From Christensenella sp. UBA1750 (lineage in GTDB: Bacteria; Bacillota; Clostridia; Christensenellales; UBA1750): DNA of 64,000 bases. The translations under genes and the position numbers were made by a program. The stretch covers positions 25,948-89,947 of the forward strand of contig DCHO01000044.1 in the NCBI GenBank assembly GCA_002315655.1, in the 5' to 3' direction. Position 1 is the stretch's first letter; each line of letters opens with the position of its first letter. The notes below the pieces were generated by a model. It saw only the letters and a program-made list of their open reading frames with translations. It was not told the origin of the DNA and did no database searches. This document shows positions 18,590 to 25,632 of the stretch, piece after piece.

Positions 18590-19916
18590 AGGACTTACGG
18601 ATAAGCTGCAGGCGGCGTTTTCAAAATTAAGCGGACGCGGCAAGCTCACCGAAAAGGACGTAAAGGAAGCGATGCGCGAGGTGCGCATGGCGCTGCTGGA
18701 AGCCGACGTCAACTTCCTTGTGGTCAAGGACTTCATCAAGAAGGTCACGGATCGCGCCGTGGGCGAGCAGGTTTTCGACACCCTGAACGCCGGGCAGACC
18801 GTGGTGAAGATCGTCCGCGAGGAAATGACCGCCATGATGGGCGGCACCCATTCCCGCATCGAGTTCACCGGCAATCCCCCCACCGTCATCATGCTGATCG
18901 GTTTGCAGGGTGCAGGTAAAACCACCCTTGCAGGGAAATTGGCCGGAATGCTGCTCAAGCAGGGCAAAAAGCCCATGCTGGTGGCTGCGGACGTGTACCG
19001 TCCCGCCGCCATCAAGCAGTTACAGATCGTAGGCTCTCAGGTGAATGTTCCCGTCTTTGAGATGGGGCAGGATAAGCCCGTTTCCATCGTGCGTGCGGCA
19101 AAGAAGGAAGCCATAAGAACCCTGCATGATGTGATGATCGTCGATACCGCAGGCCGCTTGCAGATCGACGACACGTTAATGACCGAGCTGGAAGACATCA
19201 AGGCCGAGTTGAACCCGCAGGAAATTCTGCTGGTGGTCGATGCCATGACCGGTCAGGAAGCCGTCAATGTGGCCAAGACCTTTGACGAGCGCCTGAACCT
19301 TACCGGCGTTGTGCTCTCCAAGCTGGACGGCGACACAAGAGGCGGCGCGGCGCTCTCCATTCGCGCTGTCACAGGCAAGCCCATCAAGTTCGCCTCCATC
19401 GGCGAAAAGCTGGATCAGATTGAGCCCTTCCACCCCGACCGCATGGCGTCCCGCATCCTCGGCATGGGCGATGTGCTCACCCTCATCGACAAGGCTGTGG
19501 AGGCCGTGGATGAGAAAAAGGCGGTGGAGTTGGAGCAGAAGCTTAGGAAGAACCAGTTCACGCTGGAGGACTTCTTAGAGCAGTTCCAGCAGGTGCGCAA
19601 AATGGGCGGCATGGCCGATATGCTCTCGATGCTCCCCGGCGGCAACAAGATCGCCTCGGAGGTCGATGAGGACGAAGTCAACAAGTCCATGGGCAAGACC
19701 GAGGCCATCATCCGCTCCATGACCCCGAAGGAGAGAAGAAATCCCGGCATCTTAAACGCTTCCCGGAAGCGCAGAATCGCCGCAGGCTCCGGCACAACCG
19801 TGCAGCAGGTCAATCAGCTCTTAAAGCAGTTTGAACAGAGCCAGCAGATGATGAAGCAGTTCACCAAGATGGGAAAAGGCGGAAAATTCGGGAGAAAGTT
19901 CCCCTTCAAATTCTAA
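18579..19916 (+). CDS. ffh: Signal recognition particle protein Ffh
   Basis: It has the motifs GLQGAGKTT, DTAGRL and SKLDGDTRGGAA, plus a Met-rich M domain. Confidence 0.95.
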   Translation: MAFEGLTDKLQAAFSKLSGRGKLTEKDVKEAMREVRMALLEADVNFLVVKDFIKKVTDRAVGEQVFDTLNAGQTVVKIVREEMTAMMGGTHSRIEFTGNPPTVIMLIGLQGAGKTTLAGKLAGMLLKQGKKPMLVAADVYRPAAIKQLQIVGSQVNVPVFEMGQDKPVSIVRAAKKEAIRTLHDVMIVDTAGRLQIDDTLMTELEDIKAELNPQEILLVVDAMTGQEAVNVAKTFDERLNLTGVVLSKLDGDTRGGAALSIRAVTGKPIKFASIGEKLDQIEPFHPDRMASRILGMGDVLTLIDKAVEAVDEKKAVELEQKLRKNQFTLEDFLEQFQQVRKMGGMADMLSMLPGGNKIASEVDEDEVNKSMGKTEAIIRSMTPKERRNPGILNASRKRRIAAGSGTTVQQVNQLLKQFEQSQQMMKQFTKMGKGGKFGRKFPFKF

Positions 19917-19990
19917 ACGATATTGATTCCAAACATCCTTTGGAATGATATAAATTCAACTTTCTACTTTATTTTCGGAGGTACACTAAA

Positions 19991-20236
19991 ATGGCAGTTA
20001 AGATTCGTCTCAAGAGAATGGGTATGCGCGGTGAGCCCTTCTACCGCATCGTCGTGGCTGATTCCCGCACCCCCCGCGATGGCCGTTTCATCGAAGAAAT
20101 CGGCACCTTCAACCCCGTGAAGGGCGACAAGGAAATCTCCCTCGATGTTGAGCGTGCCAAGTATTGGCTGGGCGTCGGCGCACAGCCCACCCAGACCGTC
20201 AAGACCGTTCTGCGCAAGGGCGGCGCGATCGACTAA
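19991..20236 (+). CDS. rpsP: 30S ribosomal protein S16
   Basis: The sequence [38 protein letters not shown] is typical of S16. Confidence 0.95.
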   Translation: MAVKIRLKRMGMRGEPFYRIVVADSRTPRDGRFIEEIGTFNPVKGDKEISLDVERAKYWLGVGAQPTQTVKTVLRKGGAID

Positions 20237-20278
20237 TTCCGGTCGATTCCCGTACCACCCCGACAACTGGAGGACAAC

Positions 20279-20506
20279 ATGACGGAACTGGTTAAGTACA
20301 TTGCACAGTCCCTCGTCGATCATCCCGAAGAAGTCACCGTGACCGAGGTGCAGGGTGAGCAGGCGCTCATTCTGGAGCTTCGCGTTGCGCCCGACGATAT
20401 GGGAAAGGTCATCGGCAAGCAGGGACGCATCGCCAAGGCGATCCGCTCCGTGGTGAAGGCCGCAAGCCTCAAATCCGGGCAGACCGTGATGGTTGAAATC
20501 GTGTAA
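20279..20506 (+). CDS. khpA: KH-domain RNA-binding protein KhpA (YlqC)
   Basis: It is 75 aa with the KH GxxG motif VIGKQGRIAKAIRSV. It lies between rpsP and rimM. Confidence 0.9.
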   Translation: MTELVKYIAQSLVDHPEEVTVTEVQGEQALILELRVAPDDMGKVIGKQGRIAKAIRSVVKAASLKSGQTVMVEIV

Positions 20507-20513
20507 ATCAGCA

Positions 20514-20549
20514 AAAAAGGAGCATTCTGAAAGACGGATGCTCCTTTTT
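20514..20549 (+). terminator. Rho-independent terminator/attenuator after khpA
   Basis: AAAAAGGAGCAT pairs with ATGCTCCTTTTT in a 12-bp stem, and the T5 run forms part of the right arm. Confidence 0.7.
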
Positions 20550-20565
20550 CACAAAGGATTTTTGT

Positions 20566-21087
20566 ATGAAAAAGTATTTGATGATCGGGCAGATCGTAAA
20601 ACCCCAGGGCGTGCGCGGCGAAGTGAAGGTTGCTCCCGCAACCGACGACCCCGAGCGCTTCTGCGAGCTTCCCCACGTTTATCTGGATGAAAAGGGCGAA
20701 AAGCAGTTGAAGGTTCTCTCCGGCAGAGTCCGCGAAGGCTATGCGTTCCTCACCTTGGAGGGCATTTCCGACCGCGATCAGGCCGAAGGGCTGCGCAATG
20801 TCTTTCTCTATATCGACCGTGAGAATGCCGTAAAATTGCCTGAGGGCAGATATTACATTTCCGACCTCATCGGCATGGATGTGAAGGACGAAGCGGGCAA
20901 CGCCTTGGGCAAGCTTACCGATGTGTTTCAGGCCGGCGGCAACGATGTGTATGAGGTACGCGGGAATCGCGTGTTCCGCTTCCCGGCGTTGAAGCGTGCC
21001 CTTGTGTCTGTCGATGTGGAAAATGCCGTGATGGTGCTTGATGCCTCCGAGCTTTCCCGCATTGCGGTGTATGACGATGAAGATTAA
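20566..21087 (+). CDS. rimM: 16S rRNA processing protein RimM
   Basis: It has the N-terminal motif IGQIVKPQGVRGEVKV and a PRC barrel-like C-terminus. Confidence 0.9.
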   Translation: MKKYLMIGQIVKPQGVRGEVKVAPATDDPERFCELPHVYLDEKGEKQLKVLSGRVREGYAFLTLEGISDRDQAEGLRNVFLYIDRENAVKLPEGRYYISDLIGMDVKDEAGNALGKLTDVFQAGGNDVYEVRGNRVFRFPALKRALVSVDVENAVMVLDASELSRIAVYDDED

Positions 21088-21883
21088 GATTCTGACGCTG
21101 TTTCCCGATATGTTCCTGCCGGTGCTGGGCGCTTCCATCACAGGCCGCGCCATCGAGCGGGGGATTTTGTCCGTAGAGCCCATCAACATCCGGGATTACA
21201 CGAAAAACAAGCACAAGCGCTGCGACGATTATCCCTTCGGCGGCGGCGCGGGGCTGGTGATGACCCCGCAGCCCCTGTTTGACTGCATCCGCGCTGCAAA
21301 GGAAAATTTCCCGGCTAAGGTGCTGTTCATGTCCCCCAAAGGCGCAACGCTGACCCAGGAAAAGGCAAAGGAACTGGCACAGGAGGAAAACCTCATTTTC
21401 CTCTGCGGGCATTATGAGGGCATCGACCAGCGGGTCATTGACACGTTTGTGGATGAGGAAATCTCCATCGGGGATTATGTGCTGACCGGCGGCGAGCTGC
21501 CCGCCATGGTGGTCATTGACTGCTTATCCCGGCACATTCCGGGGGTGCTGGGCAGTGGGGAATCCGCCGCAGAGGAGAGCTTTTCCGATGGGCTGCTGGA
21601 ATATCCGCAGTACACCCGCCCGGCGGAATATGAAGGCTTGCCTGTGCCGGAGGTACTGCTGTCCGGGCACGATGCCAACATCCTGAAATGGCGCAGAGAG
21701 CAGGCTTTGGATGTGACGCGGGAGCGCCGCCCGGAGCTGCTGCAATCCGCCCCGCTGACGCTTTCCGATAAGGTCTACCTGGGTTGGGAAAAAGCCCCGG
21801 AAAAGCGCAAACGCCGGAAGAAAAAGCCGGTTTCTGCGGAACCCGGCCAGATACCCGATGAGCTTGCGGAAAAAGAACCATAA
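21071..21883 (+). CDS. trmD: tRNA (guanine37-N1)-methyltransferase TrmD with a basic C-terminal extension
   Basis: It has the motifs (MT)MKIKILTLFPDMF, YPFGGGAGLVM and GHYEGIDQRV. The start could be ATG 21071 or 21077. The C-terminus carries an extra KRKRRKKKP-containing tail. Confidence 0.9.
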   Translation: MTMKIKILTLFPDMFLPVLGASITGRAIERGILSVEPINIRDYTKNKHKRCDDYPFGGGAGLVMTPQPLFDCIRAAKENFPAKVLFMSPKGATLTQEKAKELAQEENLIFLCGHYEGIDQRVIDTFVDEEISIGDYVLTGGELPAMVVIDCLSRHIPGVLGSGESAAEESFSDGLLEYPQYTRPAEYEGLPVPEVLLSGHDANILKWRREQALDVTRERRPELLQSAPLTLSDKVYLGWEKAPEKRKRRKKKPVSAEPGQIPDELAEKEP

Positions 21884-21884
21884 T

Positions 21885-21913
21885 TTGACAAAAACCGCCT
21901 GATATGCTATTTT
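21885..21913 (+). promoter_or_regulatory. Promoter for the small toxin-like ORF
   Basis: TTGACA (21885-21890), a 17-nt spacer and TATTTT (21908-21913) are present, preceded by TGC (extended -10 TGn). It lies 2 nt after the trmD stop. Confidence 0.55.
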
Positions 21914-21991
21914 AGTGATGGTGCTTATGCGCCCGGAAAGGTAGCTATATACGGTAGGCGGCTTAGCCCTCTATTCGGAGGGTGATCTTTT

Positions 21992-22012
21992 CGCCCTCTG
22001 CGAAAGGGGGCG
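21992..22012 (+). promoter_or_regulatory. SD-sequestering hairpin in the toxin mRNA leader
   Basis: CGCCCTC (21992-21998) pairs with GGGGGCG (22006-22012). The latter contains the GGGGG Shine-Dalgarno, which lies 8 nt upstream of ATG 22019. Confidence 0.55.
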
Positions 22013-22018
22013 TGTGCT

Positions 22019-22105
22019 ATGGTGACTTATGCTGAATTGATTCAATTCGGACTGTTAGTCGTTTCCATTATTGCACTTGTCTATAAAATGACAAAAAAGA
22101 AATAA
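22019..22105 (+). CDS. 28-aa hydrophobic peptide, putative holin-like type I toxin (Hol-Tox-like)
   Basis: It is not in the ORF track because it is shorter than 60 aa. It runs from ATG 22019 to TAA 22103-22105 and encodes MVTYAELIQFGLLVVSIIALVYKMTKKK. It has one TM helix, a KKK tail and a GGGGG SD. It has its own promoter and a convergent antisense promoter. Confidence 0.65.
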   Translation: MVTYAELIQFGLLVVSIIALVYKMTKKK

Positions 22106-22178
22106 CCGCCCCATACCCAATGCTGCGGTTATTTCTTTAACTACAACTGAGGGCTAACCGTCTATCGGCTGCCTTTCT
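22093..22178 (-). ncRNA. Predicted cis-antisense antitoxin RNA (~85 nt)
   Basis: It would be driven by the consensus minus-strand promoter at 22212-22185. It would end at hairpin 22135-22099 followed by T6 on the minus strand. It is complementary to the last codons and 3'UTR of the peptide mRNA. Both ends are predicted, not observed. Confidence 0.5.
22099..22135. terminator. Bidirectional terminator shared by the toxin mRNA and the antisense RNA
   Basis: GAAATAACCGC (22099-22109) pairs with GCGGTTATTTC (22125-22135). It has TTT on the + side and TTTTTT on the - side. Confidence 0.65.
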
Positions 22179-22184
22179 GTCTAT

Positions 22185-22212
22185 ATTATACCGCAAAAAC
22201 GGAATTTGTCAA
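22185..22212 (-). promoter_or_regulatory. Consensus promoter for the antisense RNA
   Basis: On the minus strand, TTGACA (22212-22207), a 16-nt spacer and TATAAT (22190-22185) are present, pointing toward the peptide ORF. Confidence 0.6.
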
Positions 22213-22256
22213 CTTTTCAACCAAACAAAACTTAACGAAATTTCCGAAAAAAAGGA

Positions 22257-22376
22257 TTGAATTTGCTGCTTTCGGATGGTATAATACTATCTGTTCGCAA
22301 TATGGGACGGTCCTCTGCTGTTTCGACCCATGAGGCAAGAGCATGAACGTCTACACAGGGAAGGAGATATTTACCC
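22257..22376 (+). promoter_or_regulatory. rplS promoter and ~85-nt structured leader (possible L19 autoregulatory leader)
   Basis: TTGAAT (22257-22262), a 17-nt spacer and TATAAT (22280-22285) are present, with a TGg extended -10. The leader contains an ATGGG...CCCAT stem and a GGAAGGAG RBS. An L19 leader RNA is known in Bacilli, but identity here is not verified. Confidence 0.45.
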
Positions 22377-22724
22377 ATGAACGAAATCATTCGCGCCATC
22401 GAAATGGAGCAGCTCCGTACCGACATCCCCAAGTTCGCCATCGGCGACACGGTTCGTGTGCAGGTTAAGGTTGTTGAAGGCAACCGCAAGCGTCTGCAGG
22501 CCTTTGAAGGCACTGTCATCGCCCGTCGTAACGGCTCCTGCCGTGAGACCTTCACCGTCCGCCGCGTTTCTTACGGCGTCGGCGTCGAGCGCACGTTCCC
22601 CATCCACAGCCCCAACGTGGACTCCATCACCGTGATTCGTCGCGGTAAGGTTCGCCGCGCCAAGCTGTACTATCTGCGTGACCGCGTCGGCAAGGCCGCC
22701 AAGGTCAAGGACATCCAGAAGTAA
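22377..22724 (+). CDS. rplS: 50S ribosomal protein L19
   Basis: The sequence ...[34 protein letters not shown]... is typical of L19. Confidence 0.95.
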   Translation: MNEIIRAIEMEQLRTDIPKFAIGDTVRVQVKVVEGNRKRLQAFEGTVIARRNGSCRETFTVRRVSYGVGVERTFPIHSPNVDSITVIRRGKVRRAKLYYLRDRVGKAAKVKDIQK

Positions 22725-22736
22725 TTTCGGGGATAC

Positions 22737-22776
22737 AAAGACCGCATTCCGATGGCTTATCGGAGTGCGGTCTTTT
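22737..22776 (+). terminator. Rho-independent terminator after rplS
   Basis: AGACCGCATTCCGAT pairs with ATCGGAGTGCGGTCT in a 15-bp stem with one G-U pair, followed by TTTT. Confidence 0.8.
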
Positions 22777-22869
22777 CAATTCCATTATCTGACAAGGTGT
22801 GAAAATATCTTGAAAACGGCGCATATTCATGATAATATAGAGATAAAATAAGATGCGGAGGCGGGGAAT

Positions 22870-23736
22870 TTGGGCGCAGTGAGAACAAAAAGGAACACCA
22901 AGGATACCGTGTTTTCCAGCCTGTTTGGCAGACCGGAATACCAACTGCAGCTCTATCAGACGCTGCACCCGGAGGACACCGCCGTAGATGTGTCCATGCT
23001 CACCGATGTGACCATCCGCAATGTGCTGACGGACAACATCTACAATGATCTGGGCTTCATGGTGCGCAACCGGCTGATGATCCTTGTGGAAGCGCAGAGC
23101 ACATGGTCGGAAAACATCATTATCCGGGCGTTTATGTATCTGGCGCAGAGCTACCATGAGCTGTTCGAGAGCCGGATGGAGAGTTTATACACTACAAGAA
23201 AGATTGAACTGCCGGAGCCGGAGTTGTATGTGATCTACACGGGCGAACGCAGGGAGAAGCCGGATAGCATCACCCTGTCAGGCAGCTTCTTCGGCGGGAA
23301 AAAGACCGCGTTGGAAGTCACGGTGAAGGTGCTCTACGGAGAGGACAGGCAGAGCATCATCGGGCAGTATATTCGTTTCAGCAAGGTGTTTGACGAGCAG
23401 ACCAAGGCTTTCGGTCTGACAGAGGAAGCCATCAGGAGAACGCTTGCCATTTGTAGAGATGAAAACGTATTGTCCGCGTATCTCAAGGAGCACGAAAAGG
23501 AGGCCGTTACCATTATGATGACATTGTTTGACGAGGAATATATACAGAAAGCCTATGGTGCGGAAAAGTTCGCAGAAGGGGAAGCTAAAGGAGAAGCAAG
23601 AGGGGAAGCCAAAGGAGGAAATACACGGGACAGACTTCATGTGCGAAACCTGCGTGCAAAGCATTACTTGGATGAACAGATTGCCGATATTCTTGACATG
23701 AGCCTTGATGAAGTGAAAGCGATTCCGAAGGATTGA
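22870..23736 (+). CDS. Rpn-family recombination-promoting nuclease / PD-(D/E)xK putative transposase
   Basis: It has a TTG start after a GGAGG RBS. The N-terminus KDTVFSSLFGRPEYQLQLYQTLHPED and the nuclease core D-x12-ILVEAQS (cf. the YhgA/Rpn IEHQS motif) are present. It has a Glu/Lys-rich repeat (EGEAKGEARGEAKG) and a C-terminal helical tail. Confidence 0.65.
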   Translation: MGAVRTKRNTKDTVFSSLFGRPEYQLQLYQTLHPEDTAVDVSMLTDVTIRNVLTDNIYNDLGFMVRNRLMILVEAQSTWSENIIIRAFMYLAQSYHELFESRMESLYTTRKIELPEPELYVIYTGERREKPDSITLSGSFFGGKKTALEVTVKVLYGEDRQSIIGQYIRFSKVFDEQTKAFGLTEEAIRRTLAICRDENVLSAYLKEHEKEAVTIMMTLFDEEYIQKAYGAEKFAEGEAKGEARGEAKGGNTRDRLHVRNLRAKHYLDEQIADILDMSLDEVKAIPKD

Positions 23737-23746
23737 CAATGAATCA

Positions 23747-23792
23747 AAATTGCCCGGCAGAACGCGAAAAAAGTACGTTCTGCCGGGCTTTT
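23747..23792. terminator. Bidirectional terminator between the rpn-like gene (+) and the GH2 gene (-)
   Basis: GCCCGGCAGAACG (23752-23764) pairs with CGTTCTGCCGGGC (23776-23788). It is flanked by an A-run and a T-run. Confidence 0.8.
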
Positions 23793-23804
23793 CTATGCGA
23801 AGGG

Positions 23805-25466
23805 TCAGATTTCGTGATAGATTTTTTTCACCGTGAGGTAAGCCAGCTTCGGTCTGCGGTAGAGGTCAACGATGCCTTTGTTGTTCTGGGCTTTGGGGCG
23901 GCGCAGGGCGAACTCGTCCGCGACCTTCACATCGGCAAACTGCCACAGGTACGCGCCGGAAAGCCGCGGCATGGCGTGGATTGCGGTGAGCTGTTCTTCT
24001 AAGATTTCCGCCTGTCGTTCCTCGCTCCACTTAGGCTTGGCAAAGGGATCGTGGTAGCCGTAAATGCCGCCCGCGCCGATCTCGGTGATGAGGATGGGCT
24101 TGGTTTTCGCACCGTGCTCCTCCATCCACGCAACGAGCTTTTCCGTGTAGTGCCTGACCGAATCGTCCTCGTACCAGCGGGGATAGATGTTGTAGGACAC
24201 CACTTCCACAAGATCCAAGCAGATGTCGGTGAACTTGCGGCAGGAGGCAAAGGAGATGGGGCGGGTGGGGTCAAGGGCGCGGAGCTGGGCGATCTGCTCG
24301 GCGTAGACCGTGCGCCCGTACTCCGTGTCGCTTTCGCACTCATTGAGCAAGCCCCAGATGTAAATGCCGGGGTGGTTGCAATGCTGGTGCACCATTTCTT
24401 CGTTGCATACGCGGCACTGCTCCCGAAAAAGGTCGGTGCGGAACACCTCGGAGGGGAGCTGTCGGGCGTGGTTTTCTTCCCAAACCAGCAGCCCCAATGC
24501 GTCGCAGAGGTCGAGAAAGCGCGGGTCGTTGGGGTAGTGGCAGGTGCGCAATGAGTTTGCACCGGTGTCCAAGATGAGCTGCAGATCGTCCATCATGGCA
24601 TCCACCGACAGCGACATTCCGAACTGCCCGTGATCCTCATGGCGGTTGAAGCCCTTGATGCGGACTTCCTTCCCGTTCAGCAGGATGCGCTCGCCCTCGA
24701 TTTTCACCGTGCGGAAGCCCACGCGGTCGATCAAATCATCCGTGAACTGTCCGTTTACGGAAAGGGTTGCGGTGAGGTCATACAGATGTGCGTCCAGCAC
24801 ATCCCATGGAACGACATTCCGAACGGCAAGGTCGAGCTTTATTTCCGCGCTTTCCCCGGCGGAAAGGGCGGGAACGGCAGCTTTTTCGGTGCCGCCCGCA
24901 ACGGACAGCAGCACATCCGCGTTTTCAATGGAAGAAAGTGCCCGGAGGAAAACGGAAACATGGGCAAGATACTTTCCCTTGCCTGTTTCCTCGCAGGAGA
25001 AGGCCATGCGGTCAATGTAGGCTTCTTCCACTTTATGAAGCTCTACAGGGCGGTTGATTCCGCCGTAGGTGGTGTAATCGTTGGGAACGTGCAGGGCGGA
25101 TTTCTCAGAAAAGCGGTTGTCGGCCACAACGGTCAGGGTGTGGCTGCCCGCCGTGACATTTTCCGCCAGAACTTGGAAGGCGGTGAAGGCGTTGTAGTGG
25201 TGCCCTAAGAATTGCCCGTCCAGATATACATCCGCCGTGTGGCTCACGCCGCCGAATTTGAGCAGATAGGTGCCGGGTTCGGCAATTTCGACACTGCGCT
25301 TATAGGTGCAGACCCCGCGAAAGGAAGTAAGGTCGGGGATGCGCTCCCAGACGGAGGGAACGAAAACGGGATAGCTTTTGCCCGAGCCGTTGTCGGGGGT
25401 CAGATTCCACAGCCCGTCCAGACTTTTGACGATTCTTACTTTATGTTCATCAAAGATTCTCTGCAT
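23805..25466 (-). CDS. uidA: GH2 beta-glucuronidase (GUS)-like glycoside hydrolase
   Basis: I place the start at ATG 25466 (MQRIFDEHKV), which has an AGGAG RBS. It parallels E. coli GUS in order: GFNRHEDHG, LLNECES (acid/base NE), LDPTRPI, NIYPRWY, ITEIGAGG (nucleophile E), WQFADV and NNKGIVDLYRRPK (an N-x-K carboxylate-recognition motif). Confidence 0.75.
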   Translation of the reverse strand: MQRIFDEHKVRIVKSLDGLWNLTPDNGSGKSYPVFVPSVWERIPDLTSFRGVCTYKRSVEIAEPGTYLLKFGGVSHTADVYLDGQFLGHHYNAFTAFQVLAENVTAGSHTLTVVADNRFSEKSALHVPNDYTTYGGINRPVELHKVEEAYIDRMAFSCEETGKGKYLAHVSVFLRALSSIENADVLLSVAGGTEKAAVPALSAGESAEIKLDLAVRNVVPWDVLDAHLYDLTATLSVNGQFTDDLIDRVGFRTVKIEGERILLNGKEVRIKGFNRHEDHGQFGMSLSVDAMMDDLQLILDTGANSLRTCHYPNDPRFLDLCDALGLLVWEENHARQLPSEVFRTDLFREQCRVCNEEMVHQHCNHPGIYIWGLLNECESDTEYGRTVYAEQIAQLRALDPTRPISFASCRKFTDICLDLVEVVSYNIYPRWYEDDSVRHYTEKLVAWMEEHGAKTKPILITEIGAGGIYGYHDPFAKPKWSEERQAEILEEQLTAIHAMPRLSGAYLWQFADVKVADEFALRRPKAQNNKGIVDLYRRPKLAYLTVKKIYHEI

Positions 25467-25632
25467 GAGTGCGCTCCTAAAAAATGAATTTGTTACTGAA
25501 TAATTCTTCGCAAGGGTCAAAAACCCCTGCAAAGTTGTGAACAATTCGTGTTTTCAGCATTTTCGGGGTGTACGCAAGCGTCAATCCGTGGTATGATAAC
25601 ATAGATAAAGTCTATGATGGAGGAAAAGTCTT

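Noticed and set aside
21884-22376. The possibility that the trmD-rplS spacer encodes SRP RNA, tmRNA or another housekeeping RNA.
   Set aside because: I recognised no conserved SRP domain IV, tmRNA tag or tRNA-like features. The region is better explained by the small ORF, the convergent promoters and the rplS leader.
22777-25632. The Rpn-like gene plus GUS as a transposon or mobile element.
   Set aside because: I found no terminal inverted repeats, target-site duplication, integrase or bona fide transposase. Rpn-family proteins are not demonstrated autonomous transposases. I therefore describe it as an accessory insertion only.
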